Source of the DNA: Chiloscyllium plagiosum
Lineage: Eukaryota
DNA: 31,523 nt
NCBI RefSeq assembly: GCF_004010195.1
Contig: NC_057718.1
Location: 38,680,023-38,711,545, forward strand
Reading direction: 5' to 3'
A program made the position numbers and the translations under genes. The notes beneath the pieces are model-generated. The model was given only the letters and a program-made list of their open reading frames with translations, was not told the origin of the DNA and ran no database searches. Numbering within the stretch: the first letter of the stretch is position 1; every line of letters begins with the position of its first letter. Of the stretch, positions 11,353 to 24,149 are shown one piece after another.

Positions 11353-14300
11353 CTAGCCTGATTTTTTCAAAAAGGTTTTTAGCTCACAATTGTCAAGAAT
11401 AGACAGGTGACAAGTTTTCTTGTAAGTTTTAAAAAAATATTTATTACTCAACACTCAATCATACATACAACTACAACCAGTCTATCACTCATACGCACAC
11501 ACAAGAAAAGATTGTAGTTTTGAAGTAAATGCTCTTCTTATTACTTAAGATTTCAAGAATACTTTGTTGCATGTGTCTTTCCTTGGGTTGAAGACTCCGC
11601 AGGCCAATAATCGTTTTCTTCTTGGTCTTCAATGGAAACAGCCAGGAGGCTTAGGAAGATGTATTCACCGTTTTATGTTTGCTGCAATAGATTCTTTTAT
11701 TTGCCCACTCCAATTCAGTTGCAATAGAGAAACCTTATTGCAAAGTCCCAGAACAATTCCTCAGGTAGGGAGGTCAAGATCAACCCAATCCCAGTCTACT
11801 GTTTTTTCCTTTGGCAGGGTGCTTTTGCTTTGCCGTTTCATATGTTTCTGACCTATATGCTCCAATAATGCAATTATTAAATCTTAAATTATTAAATAGA
11901 GAAAGCTTGGTTTGATCATGTGACCAGAACATTTCTGTCCATTGTCTTCCTAAATAGTTGGAAACTGGATATTTCCCATCCATATGCTATCTTGCAAAAG
12001 TAGTGCTTTCCACAATCATTTGCCAGATTTCCAATTTGAAATCTAAGGCCTGAATTTTTGCTTCTGGATTGGAAGTGCAGAGTCTGAACAACTTCCAGCT
12101 CTATAATCCCAACCAAGATAGAAGTTGCCCCAGAATTTGGGAAGTTCATTATGGGTAGTGGAGTTGTCCAGAAAGTCAGGATGAATACCTGGAAGAAATG
12201 CAAAGACTGGTGGGCATAGAAGTAAGCTAGGTGGAAAGTCTGCCTTGGTGCTTCTGCACTTTATCCAAGATTTTTAAAAACACAATGAAATATGTAACAG
12301 TCCCATGGCCTTCAGCCCTAACCCTCATACACAACATATACCTCATCCAAGCTATCTCATGCCCCCACACACCTCTGCCAAGCCATTTGTAGCTTCTAAG
12401 TTAATAGTGCCAAGCCATGTCCACCCCCACCTACCAACATAACATCTCCATGTACCCACTGTGAGCACAAGATAAACTCAGATTAAATAACATAAAATTC
12501 TATGTATTTTAGACTTCATTAAAAAAATTCTCATTCAAAATAACCCATTCCCCCTTTTACAGTCCTTCACCAACATTATCCCCTATAACAGCAAACATTC
12601 ATTTTAGTCCTTGTAAAACCAAACATTTCATTCCTGGGCTTAATCCCTGATAGAACAGTGAATTGGAATTCATATTATCACTTCAAACTGTCCATATCCG
12701 CTTGGAGCTGCCAATCAAACTGATAATTAGCAAGAGTCTCGTGATCATGGAAGGTTATGAAATCTGCCAAGCATCTCTAATTCAGTAACAGCAGCCCTCA
12801 GGATATTGTCAAAATCAAAGAGAAACAACAAGGAATTTTTATTGAAAATCTAAATTGTTTTCTTTTCTAATATTTAAAAGGCAGGAGTTTTGAATATTTT
12901 CTTAGCTTGGCAGTACTTTGATCTGTTAGTTTTGACAATTTTAACAAATGATCTTTATAGTTCCTTTTGACAGTTGTTTTTAACATGTGCTTTTCACAGT
13001 TCCTTTTGACAATTGTTTGTGGTGCTTTTGACAGTCCTGCTGGCAATTCCAATGAGATTGATAGTTAGAGTTGATGCACTTTTTATGCATTTACATGCTA
13101 CCCTTAATAATCCCAAAGTACACTTGCCCTCTACCAAAGGTATCCAAGTCAGTTGTATCAAACAGAGAGTGCCTTAGAATTTTCAAACTCCACTCTCTCA
13201 GCTGTACTGAAGTATTAATCATTTCAGTTTTTACCAGGCCCATTATGGCCTCCCTCCAACACAATGCCAGTGGCCTTTCCACTTATTCAGCTCTCCTAGG
13301 AAAACATCTTGAGTCCTGACTCCAACACTTAGCAATCTGATCATTCCTAGAACTTCTTCCTGTGTTCTAGCAGCACAAAGCTATTCAGCTGTCCTTGGCT
13401 TCTTAATGAGACCTGAACTACATAGAACCTTTGTAGTTCAACTGCCTTTCTAGCATTACAATTAACTACTATGCTCCGAACATGGAGTCTACTTCTGTCT
13501 CCCTCTTGCATCCTCAAACTTTGAACTCTGCTTCTATGAGCCCTGAAACTATCCTGAGTGACCAATCAAAACTTTACAATTAACCTCTCCCATATTGCTA
13601 GGCTGAATTTAATATTACCTCCTAGCATGTCTTGGAATCAAGTATACACTGAAGGTTATATTCTCACAAAATGCTGAACAGCGATTTGGAACACAACTTT
13701 TAAACCCAAGAAAAAATTGAATTAAATGAAAACAAACCATTGTTAGAATTTCAAGGTCTGGTTTTCATTTAAGTTTCTTTTTAATGTTTGTATACTTCAG
13801 GCTTTCTTCTATGTTATCTTGTGTTTACAGTAAAAAGGTAATTTCTATCAACTGACCCATTTTCATACAGACTGAAACTTTTTCATGCCATGTCTGAAAT
13901 AATGTGCTCAGGCTTAACAAATCGCTTTTGATTGTGATGCTTCCCTTTGCAGATTTTGTAGTATTCCTGATAAATATTTCTGCTGTCTCCAAATGAAATC
14001 ATTCATTTAAAGCATTGGAGTAAAACTAAAACCAAAACAAGAATGATAGAAGGCATAGCAAATTATTTGGAATATATAATGTAAAATAATAAAGTTAGAA
14101 ACAATTTTCGAGTGATAAATATTGTTGTTTTTAGACCATACCTCCAACATAATCAGATAAGCAACAGTAAACGAAATAGAAATATTGAACATATTAGGCA
14201 AATTTTCAATGTATTTTGCCAACAGGAATACATTAAAAGGCTGCAAACGAAATTATATCATTAAATATTTTAGGATGCACATTGCAAGTTTAAATTTAGG

Positions 14301-14722
14301 TATTTGTGTTTACAACCTCCTGCAGCCATTTATAGGGCTGAGATGGAAATTTTGCCCTTCACAATCAAGAAGCCCTGCCTATGAGTCTCACTGATCATTC
14401 AGACCCCAGTAGCTCTCGAACAGTTTGGAATAAGAGACTTGTGGTGTAGCATCGGTATTTGGGTAAATAGGTGACTTGTTCAGTACCGAGCTTCATAACA
14501 GGGGCAAAAGAGGTAGAGAGGTGTGGAATATGTGAGGCCATGATGGGGAGGAAACCCTGGCATTAACATCTGAGAGAGAGGCCTCCAATAGGCTCAAGGG
14601 ACCCATAAAGCTATGACAGCTCCCTGAACATCACCATTCAACACATTCTCTTGCCAACGGTTGAATCATAGAGGCGGTGGGGTGCAGTCCTTGTGGCATT
14701 AATTGCCCAGTTAAGTGACTTA

Positions 14723-15319
14723 TATTATGGACCAGGCCAGGCCCTTTCAAAACATTTCAAGGAGGTAGCCAGACCATAACTTTTCCAGTTATTTTGAGCA
14801 GGTGTAGATTGGATATTCCAGAAGAGCTGGTCTAAACCCCTCAGTTTTAAGCAAAACCGAATTTATTTGCAGAGTACTGAATGAAACACAAACAAAAGAG
14901 AACAGAATGCAGAATAACAACCTATCCGAAAACCCAACAGACTATCCAGACTTAATGATGCTGTTCCAAATTCCTGCAACAATCCCCATAAACGCCCATT
15001 ACAAAAAAAGGTTAAATCAAATGCAGCTTCTTTCAGGAGAGAGAGATGGCAGAGAGATTCCACATGAAACACCTTCTTCCATATAGCTGTTCCTTTGACC
15101 AGCTTAAACTGACTAGCAGCTTTAAAAAGCCAGACTGCTAAAACCCAAACCAAACCAAACTGAATGAACTTGCCTCTCCCCTCTCATTGTATAAGTGCTG
15201 TTTTTCAAAAGCTTCTTCAAGTAGACAAACACAGATGAAACGGAACCTCTGTTTTTACAATCCCTCTGAAAAAAAAAACAAGGACAATCTAACCTTGTTC
15301 CAGGAGTAGCAGTATCACA
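14723..15319 (-). mobile_element. Solo LTR of the same Gmr1-like family
   Basis: T(A)TTATGGACCAGGCCAG...AGCAGTATCACA, colinear with both LTRs; flanks CTTA/CTGA (3 of 4 match, TSD-like); no PBS or PPT adjacent. Confidence 0.88.
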
Positions 15320-15679
15320 CTGAGTTTGTCCACTACCAGGTAGGCTTCCTGATGCAAGCCTTCACAGCCAATATAATTGTGGTGAGGGCAGGGAATGGGC
15401 ATGGAGGTGGTCAATAGGATGTCCACTGGACTTAATGAGTATCCCAGTTTCAGTCCCATCAAGTAGAGAGTGTAAAGTCCAAACCAGTTGTTCAAGTTGT
15501 TGGGAAGTTGCTGGAATCAGTAACCAAAATAAGGTAACTGAGCACCTTGCAAACTTCCAGCTGGGCAGAGAGCTGTACTTTTTTTTCCATTAGACACAAA
15601 TATACCAATCATAGGGGAAGAATTGATAAAATGATAATGGGGACTCTTTATCAGATGATAAGCCTATATAAACGTAATG

Positions 15680-15890
15680 GAGAAAGTGAGGTCTGCAGAT
15701 GCTGGAGATCAGAGATGGAAATGTGTTGCTGGAAAAGCGCAGCAGGTCAGGCAGCATCTAGGGAACAGGAGAATCGACGTTTCGGGCATTAGCCCTTCTT
15801 CAGGAATGAAGGGCTAATGCCCGAAACGTCGATTCTCTTGTTCCCTAGATGCTGCCTGACCTGCTGCGCTTTTCCAGCAACACATTTCCA
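15680..15890 (-). mobile_element. Short Penelope-like terminal fragment with inverted duplication (palindromic insertion)
   Basis: 15-bp TSD TATATAAACGTAATG at 15665-15679 and 15891-15905; arms 15715-15798 and 15808-15891 are reverse complements with one mismatch. Confidence 0.88.
15772..15807 (-). ncRNA. Minimal hammerhead ribozyme motif (minus strand, intact core)
   Basis: Minus strand reads ATTC-CTGAAGA-A-GGGC(TAAT)GCCC-GAAACGTC-GATT. Confidence 0.7.
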
Positions 15891-16127
15891 TATATAAACG
15901 TAATGTTCAGTAGAAGTCTATGAGGCACATCACATTTTGAGTGTTGCTGCTTTAAATTGAGTACACATCATGGGGTTACAATATTATATCCTCTCTCTGA
16001 TTGATTGTAGTTTAAGATACACAAACTTAAAGATATATGTACATCATATCACAACATCCCTCTTTTTAATCTCAAAATATACCCTGAAATAATCAAAATA
16101 TTTACATGACAGCAAAAAAAATGTGTT

Positions 16128-19100
16128 GGGCTGAATCTTACATTGTTTTTATCTCACTAAACTCACCTCACTTTCTCCTCACCTCATTAACTACCTACAT
16201 TCCATGGTGTCTATTATGTCCAATTCCAGACCCAACTTACCTCGCATTGTTCCCTGAACAACTTGCCATTCAGCAGATATCCACTGAAGAACCAGCAGCC
16301 CTTGAGTGCACTCCATCTTTAAAAGACCACTATGGACCTGGACATGCACTGGTATTCCAAAGCAGCTCTATGTGATCATGGACATATCTAGAAGATTTGG
16401 AGAAAGGAAAAATGACTGATTTTTCCAATAGGGACTTGGAAGGCCTGGTCAAGAGGCTGGTTTGAAGGAGAGGAATCCTCTTCCTGGAAGACCAGCAGAG
16501 GAGGCCATGCCACCAGGCCCTGAAAGTACCCTGGTCTGTGGTTGCCACCGATCCCTTGCAGGAGAAGACCACGACCACACCTGCAGGGATGCCGAAACAT
16601 TGATATTCAACTAATGAATACGTACATCTTCATTCTGCTGGAAATCGTACAGCAACTCTGCTGTCATTGTTATTCATTGCACACCATTTCTAACGTCCAG
16701 GCCTTCTCTCTCTTATGTCTTGCAGATCTGCCAGCATATCCAATACCTCTATGGCAAAATGGCCGGCTCCTGCAGTAGCCAGCCCTTTAACCTCTGAGGG
16801 TGTGTACCTAGGCCTGACAGTAAGCATCAGCAAGGTTGTCTCATGCTGCCTCCACCAATTCAGATTCTGACACCTCGGTGGAAATGTTAGGCTTAAACAG
16901 TGTGGGCACTGCGCTGCAATAGTTCTGCAGCTTGCTGAGGAAAGAATTCCGCAGGCTGCTGGCACTTGGTGGACTGCTGGAAACCTGGCACTTGCACATC
17001 CATGGGCAGGAGAGAACCCTGTAGTGTCTATAATCACAGACTTCATCCTTGTGCACAGGGAGGAATTGGAACAGCAAACAGGAATATGGGATGCAGTGGC
17101 CTTTATTGACCAGAAGCTGTAGTAGTGCAGTGAGTCATGTGACCATCTGGCTGCCTTCATGGCAGCTTTTGACTGCCATGGAGAGCCAGGGCCAACACCC
17201 TCATGGTGTGCTAGAGAGGCCTACAGACATACATTCCAGAGCCCAGACATTGGTCCTGAACACCAAAGGCATGACAACAGGGAGTTGGGAAAACTGGCAT
17301 GCACTCCTGGTGCCCCTTCCTCACAAGGAGACAGAGTATTGCCTCAAGGTAACTAACCAGACAGCCTCTCATGCCAAGAAGATCCACTTCAATCTGGCAA
17401 GAATACCTTAAGCATGTATGTTTCATGCAGGCGTGTGTCTCAAAGGACTGGCCAACCAGGCATCCAGGGCCAATGGGCTCCACTGCCGAATAGGCTCCAT
17501 TCACCCTAGTTAGCTGTGGAAACTGAGATTGCATTAAGACATGGTGAAAGAGAGAGAAAGAAGAAGAAGAAAACTTCTTGAAGATACTTTGGTGGCATGA
17601 GTGACAATGCACTGTACATTACCTAGCACCTTTTTATAAATTTCACTGCTTTGACCTTTCATCTGGTTGTTTGTCTGTCTTTGTAACCCTGAATGTAACT
17701 GTTGCAGCATAAGGCACACATTCATGACCACACAAGATGTACCATGGATCAATATCTGTGGTGAGAACCTGCTGCATCATGTGGAGCAAGAGAAGCAAGA
17801 TACATCAATGTCAATGAGTCCTACTGACACCATTGGCCTTTACCCTATAGCACCCCTACTCTTTCCTGGTCTCTCTGTCCAAAATTGTTGTTGTGCAGGA
17901 GTTGGTCAGGGATGCCTGTGGCAGGGAGTTGTGCAGCAAACAAGGAGGGTGGGGAGCAATGCATTAGAAAGACCAGGGATGAGCGATCCCTTATGTTGGT
18001 GCCTTATGCAATGCATGGATGTGTGTGTAATGTTCTTTCCTTTTATATGCACACACATTGGCAGGTCCTGCAGCCTCCCCTTTTCACTGACCAAGGCATT
18101 TACCCTGCCCACTCTGACTGTGCTCTTCCCTATTTTTGTCCTCATTGAGAACTGCCAATTTCCAGCATGAAGAAAGGCCACACTGGCTACCAGTTTCTGC
18201 CTCTGATAGCCCTTCCCAGGGAACATCACAGCCTTTGTATCTCCCCAGGTCCCCACCCATTCATCTACATGATCCTGCACCACCCCTTTGCAATAATGAC
18301 GCCATCCATGCCTTACAATATTCGCTTGCAGCTCCTGTTTTCTACCCCCACCCATTGTCACCCCTTTCACCCATCCTGCAGTCCCAGTCCTGAAGCATAA
18401 CTTGGCGAGTCTCCTTCCCTTGGTAGTGGCCTTCTTTCCACTGCCCACGCCCCCCCACTCTTCTTAGTTTCTATAGACAGTCAACATGGACTGACTTTGG
18501 ACCACCCTCCTTAGCGACATAACTGAACAGCCCTGGACTGACTGTAATGGAGCTTCAGGATTGACCCCACTCTGGACGGCAGAGGCATAGCCCCCCCTCC
18601 CCAACTGAAAACATCCTGATCAGACATCTGACCATGGCCAAGTTGTGAGATTGACGTAGCACAATACAGTACATCAAAATGTTTTGATTCTTGACTGAAA
18701 TGGTGACTTCTAAGTTGCCAAGTTGTATGACTTGCGTGCTGCTAGGCACTTATTGTGTGAGCACGAAAAGTGCAAGTGAGCAGCCCGGGGATGCAGCTTG
18801 GTCCATCCTGTGAACTAAGTCCCTGTCCATTTGTATAAACTTTACCTGTTGCAATACTAGTCCACCCTGCAATCTAAGTCTGTGCTTCATGAGCAACCTG
18901 CAAGTGTATTAGACAACTACCATAATAGTCACAAAGGGTCGCAAATGCCAGATGCCAGTGTCCGTGGAAGAGGGGTGCGAGCAGTTGCTGACTTTGAGTT
19001 CCTTGTGATGCTGTTTGATCCCTATAGATTATGGAAGAACTTTGGAATAGCAGTGAGCTAAAGTTTCTAGGTATCCACTCAGGTTTCCCTTGGCAATGAG

Positions 19101-19355
19101 CTTGTTCAATCCATTTTGTAAGATGGAAAGCTGAATATTAATGAGATGAGTTGGTCTGATAACATTTTTAACAAATAATAATTTAACAGGCAACAGACCA
19201 CTGCCTAGTAAGAACCTCATCACGCTGCTGGTCAAAAACATAAAAGATGGAGCAAGATGCTCCCACGTTGAGATAGGCCTCGCCAGACTTCTCACTTGAT
19301 TCGGCCATAAATCTCATCATAACCCACCTTGCTCAAACCCCTACATAATACTGCT
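16128..19355 (+). mobile_element. Decayed PIF/Harbinger-like DNA transposon with a Myb/SANT-like DNA-binding protein remnant at ~16411-16550
   Basis: MTDFSNRDLEGLVKRLV*RRGILFLEDQQRRPCHQALKVPWSVVAT resembles the Harbinger trihelix/Myb domain (F-S-x-x-D-L-E...LF...W-x-x-VA); TIR-like GGGCTGAATCTTAC at 16128; the block is GC-richer than its flanks. The right end and a transposase are not firmly identified. Confidence 0.45.
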
Positions 19356-19479
19356 CATAGTGTCTGAATAATCAGTAATACTGAGCAATAAATTTACAAA
19401 CTTCTGAAATGTATCAGAGGTTTGCTTATCTGTCTGGTTTTAATTATGGTGATCTTGGTGGAGCCTGTTGTGTGTTTTC

Positions 19480-20220
19480 TAAAGGCTAGACATGCATACT
19501 GTGTTTTTGTTGTATCTTAGATCATGTTCAATTCACAATAAGGATAGTCAGTGTTCCTGGTTGTGGTATTGTTTTGATTTGGCATCTGTCTCCTTGTGTT
19601 GTAATGTCGGTTGGGTTTGTTCTTTATACAATCTTTATTCTGGACATATGCTGACAATTTCTGTTGGATTCCATGTGTGGTCATTTGAGCGTTGAACTTG
19701 AACATTTTATCCATTGTTCATGTTGGTAATTTGTTGCCAACTTGAAGGCTGTGAGCAACTTCCACTGTATTTCAACAAATGTACTTTGTAGTCTTGAAGT
19801 ATTGACAAATGATGACTGGGAGGTCTGCTTGCACTAGTCTGTTGAATAGTAATTCTGCAATGGCTCCATAGTTCAATTAAATATGCAAGTTTGGAATGGG
19901 AATACTTGTTCAGTTCCAACTGTGCTATACAGAGTGTCGGTTGACAATCTGCGTTGCGTAGTGAGGTGGCCTTTTCCTATTGTAAGCATGGAATTCCCAA
20001 TTCTGCTCCTTGATAGTCTGTTGTCTTTGTCACTGTGCACTAACATTATCCTTTGATGTTGACGGTGCTGAATGACTTCTAATTTTTTTATATTAATAAT
20101 CTGGTTATCCTTATTATCTGATCATATGTCTTGACTAGTCATGATATGATTCTTGTTTTAGTATGGGCAATTGGTTGTGTAGAATCCAGTATCCAAAGGC
20201 TTCTCATTATGTCGCATGTT
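19480..20220 (-). mobile_element. Old Gypsy-type integrase fragment, different from the 3649-10884 element
   Basis: The minus strand near 19815-19860 reads AELLFNRLVQADLPV (compare SPAELLFGRxxRTxLP); otherwise heavily decayed. Confidence 0.4.
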
Positions 20221-20369
20221 CTTACAAAGCTTCATTGCCAAGTAGCAACCCAAAAGCTTGCATGCAAGTTGAGCACAAGTTGGCCCCCTTAGGACATCAT
20301 GTGCACTCAAAACAAAATTAAGAACCCTTGCACTTAAAGAAAATAATCTGAGCTACAAAACAACATTAT

Positions 20370-20640
20370 GTAGTACGTTGTAACTGTTGGAATTTAGAAG
20401 ATTAATGGGTTATTTGAGTTAAGTTTTCAAGATATTGAGAAGGACATATAAGGTAAATGAAGAAAAATTAATTCTGTTCGGTTGGAGAATGAAGACCTTG
20501 GGGATATGGTGTAAAAATTAGAAGCAGCTCCCTCAGGAGTGAAAGTTGAAAATAACACTACACGCAAAGTTTAGAAGTGCGGAACTGCTCTGGAAATAGT
20601 AATTGATGCAAACTAACATTAATTTTAAATCTGCGATTTA
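20370..20640 (+). mobile_element. Decayed CR1-like LINE 3' fragment
   Basis: ttggaatttagaagattaatgggttatttga...gttttcaagata, the same C-terminal pattern as 1-224. Confidence 0.5.
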
Positions 20641-20644
20641 TATA

Positions 20645-21110
20645 TTGTTTTATTTATTCATGGGATATAGGCATCACTGGCCAGGATTTATTGCTCATCC
20701 CAGTTGCTGTTGAGAAGGTGGTGGTGCTGCCTTCAGTCCATGTGTTGTAAGTAAACCCACAATGCTTCTCGGGACAGAATTCCAGCATTTTGACCCAATG
20801 ACACTGAAGGAACAGTGATATATATCCACGTCAGGATGGTGAGTGGCTTGGAGAGGTCCTTGCAAGTGGTGGTGTTCCCATATTTCTGCTATCTTTACTC
20901 TTGCAGACTATAGTGGTCATGACTTTGGAAGTTGCTGGCTAAGCTGAGCTGCACTCACCCAGACAAATGAGGAGTATTCCATTACACTCTTGATTTCTGC
21001 CATGTAGATGGAGAACAGGTTCAGGGGAGTCAGATAGTGACTTATTACAATATTTCTAGCCTCTGACCTGCTCTTGTAGCCACTGATAATCCTTCCACTA
21101 ATGGCACTGG
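20645..21110 (-). mobile_element. 3' end of a CR1/L2-group LINE
   Basis: Minus-strand remnant LTPLNLFSIYMAEIKSVMEYSSFVWVSA (compare LYKAQVRSVMEYS...W); ends in aataaataaaaa. Confidence 0.7.
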
Positions 21111-22699
21111 ACCTAACATCCACAACATCCTGCAGCTGGATCCAATACCCCACGCCTCCTTGCTACAATACCCAACTTCTGTCCCATACCCCATTACCAC
21201 TACCACCTGGTTGGGACCAATACCCTTCGTGGACCTAACAAAGCCCATCCCTAGTGGACGCAATATCCCCCACCAACCCTGACTTACCCTTATTTCTCCA
21301 CTGCTTGCCTGGTTCAGTTCACACATGCCTGGTACCCTGCCCTCTTGGTACACTAACTTTACACTTACCTTATGTACTTATCTTTCATACAAGCAGTCCA
21401 AATGGCTGTCTGTGATGCTAGACATTTAAGTGCTATTGTGGCAAAGGTGGCGTGGTTTGATTTCTCCTGACTATCTTTCACTCTTGGGGCCCATCAGATG
21501 CATTTCTGAAGGTGCCCTGATAAGAATCTTCTGGCAGAAATGCAGAATTATTTCTTATGTAAAAATGCAGACTGTGATTAGCACTCAGAAAATCTGGCCC
21601 AGAATTAATTGACTCTTGGTGTATTTAGTCCTGACATCTCCACAGTTGTTTATTCCCTCTCGGTAATAACCATAAGTGGACTGGATCATGCTGCGGAGTT
21701 TCCAACATGACAGCATTTTCAGCAATTTAGGTCCTCTGCCACCCACTTTCTTACTTAAAATTCTACACAGAGTGCAGTAAAATGTGGACCTTGAAAATGT
21801 TTACAAGTTCTGAAAAACTCTCTAGTTCAACAATTCAGACTAACCAAATCACGCAAATGTGATTGTGCAGTCAATTTCTCAGTCAATTAATTGCAGGACA
21901 TTTGTGTTGAGCTACTAGAATATTGTTCAATATGGAACATTATGACTTATGGCTGAAGTGAATAAATAATTAATTAAAATGTATGTTTGGAAATCAGCTT
22001 AATTGCATAAATTATCCTTTATATTTTAGACTGACATGAGACAATTCAATTTCTATCTGTATTTTCAGTTTTTCGAAGTATTGTATTGAAGGGAGGTTTA
22101 CAAAGTGTAGAATCTACTGATAGTGCTAAAATATGCACCAGCAGGATGTTGGGACAGATACAAATCTGACTCAGAAGGAAGTTTTAAGGAAGTGGGCATA
22201 ATTTCTCTGGCAAAATAAAAGTTTCCTGTTCGATCTGGTTCCAAAGTTACATTGGCTTGTAACATACATGGCTTATTTCCAACAGCCTCCTGTTGAAAAT
22301 AGAATACTTTGTTTAGTGTACTAAACAGATTTCAATTCATATGCAAATTTGTTTAATCTAACTTTAATTTCTACAGTAAAGCCTGGAGAATGCCACATGT
22401 TCCTGGCTCTGATTTACGTTCAATATCTTCTCCAGTTTAATGTGATTGAAGAAAGCATGTATCATAACTTCATACTCAAACCTTGAGGCACAAGCATCAT
22501 ATCAATCATTATTGCAATTCTCTATACAGGTGTACACTGATTCTTTTCATATCTGCCACTGCCAACTGAAGAAAGCTCATATTTATAATTCCTTTGGTAA
22601 TGATGGTTGTGAGTGGAAAGATATTCTACCTATTCTTTGCTTATTTTTGGCATCTTTATAATTGAGTGAGGAGGGTTCATCCTTCTTAAACGTCGGTGG

Positions 22700-22914
22700 G
22701 AGTGTGATGCTGGAAAAGCACAGCAGGTCAGGCAGCATCCGAGAAGCAGGAGAATCGATGTTTTGGGCATAAGCCCTTCCTGAGGAATCCTGATGAAGGG
22801 CTTATGCCCAAAGCGTCGATTCTCCTGCTCCTCGGATGCTGCCTGACCTGCTGTGCTTTTCCCACACTACACTCTCGACTCTGATCTCCAGCATCTGCAG
22901 TCGTCACTTTCTCC
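22700..22914 (+). mobile_element. Second palindromic Penelope-like terminal fragment, with a decayed hammerhead at 22785-22822
   Basis: Inverted arms ~22700-22779 and ~22795-22875; GAATC-CTGATGA-A-GGGC(TTAT)GCCC-AAAGCGTC-GATTC (GAAA core mutated); degenerate TSD TCATCCTTCTTAA (22677-22689)/TCATCCATCTCAA (22915-22927). Confidence 0.8.
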
Positions 22915-23065
22915 TCATCCATCTCAATACCTTGCTTCTGTGTTTTTGTCTTGTATTTTTCTCACATCTTTGTTTCCTGTCACTACTTATGTCCTCTAAA
23001 ATTTCTGTGTCTCCTTTCTCATTTACTTCTGTATTGTTCTTTTCTTTACCATTTTTTTACTTAGA

Positions 23066-24052
23066 TTCATAGAAATTTACAGAATGGAAACAGACCCTTC
23101 GGTCCAACCTGTCCATGCCAACCAGATATCCCAACACAATCTAGTCCCATCAGCCAATACCTGGCCCATATCCCTCCAAACCTTTTCTATTCATATACCC
23201 ATCCAGATGCCTTTTAAATGTTGCAATTGTACTAGCTTCCACCACTTCCTCTGGTAGCTCATTCCATACATGTACTACCCTCTGAGTGAAAAAGCTGCCC
23301 CTCAGGTGTCTTTTATATCTTTCTCCTCTCACCCTAAACCTATGCCCTCTAGTTCTGGACTTCTGCACCCCAGGGAAAAGACTTTGTCTATTTATCCTAT
23401 CCATGCCCCTCATGATTTTATAAACCTCTATAAGGTCACCCCTCAGCCTCTGACGCTCCAGGGAAAACAGTGCTAGCCTATTCAACCTCTCCCTATAGCA
23501 CAAATCCTCCAACCCTGGCAACATCCTTGTAAATCTTTTCTGAACCCTTTCAAGTTCACAACATTTTTCTGATAGGAATGAGACCAGGATTGCACGCAAT
23601 ATTCCAACAGTGGCCTAACCAATGTCCTGTACAGCCACAACATGACCTCCCAACTCCTGTNNNNNNNNNNNNNNNNNNNNNNNNNNNTAACGTTCTTTGC
23701 TGTCTCCAATTTTTCCAATTTTGGTGTCATCAGCAAACTTACTAACTATACCTCTTATGCTCACATCCAAATCATTTATATAAAGTAGTGGACCCAGCAC
23801 CGATCCTTGTGGCATTCCACTGGTCACAGGTCTTCATTCTGAAAACAACCCTCCACCACCATCCTCTGTCTTCTACTTTTGAGCCAGTTCTGCATTCATA
23901 TGGCGAGTTCTCCCTGTATTCCATGAGATCTAACCTTGCTAACCAGTCTCCCTTGTCGAATGCCTTACTGAAGTCCATACAGATCACATCAATCTCTCTG
24001 CCCTCATCAATCCTCTTTGTTACTTCTTTAAAAAACTCAATCAAGTTTGTGC
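23066..24052 (-). mobile_element. 5'-truncated CR1 LINE (HER1-like) RT and 3' UTR, containing an assembly gap at 23661-23687
   Basis: MDFSKAFDK, TSGMPQGSVLGPLL, SKFADDTK, LYRTLVRPLLEYCVQSW, LERVQKRFTRMLPG, WNELPEEVV. Confidence 0.92.
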
Positions 24053-24149
24053 GAATTTTGGGTAGATAGATGATACTGTACAGGAGAATGAGACAACTAT
24101 AGAAGTGAGCATAGCCTGTACCATAAATGGAATGAATGCACAAATGAAG

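Noticed and set aside
11391..12013. Possible additional solo LTR (TG start, reverse AATAAA)
   Set aside because: No second copy in the window, and no convincing end or TSD.
15715..15891. CRISPR repeat, Rho-independent terminator or bona fide miRNA gene
   Set aside because: The context is eukaryotic, there is no repeat-spacer array, and the hairpin is fully explained by an inverted PLE terminus with a TSD. miRNA status needs expression data.
15990..16067. LTR-end-like ...ACAACA followed by PPT-like TCCCTCTTTTT
   Set aside because: Too short, with no partner LTR or coding remnant to support it.
16690..18448. Long overlapping ORFs (120-180 aa) as real genes
   Set aside because: They overlap on both strands in a GC-richer decayed repeat, have Cys/His/Trp-rich random composition and show no domain signature.
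23661..23687. Apparent internal deletion in the CR1 RT
   Set aside because: It coincides with a 27-N assembly gap, so it cannot be interpreted.
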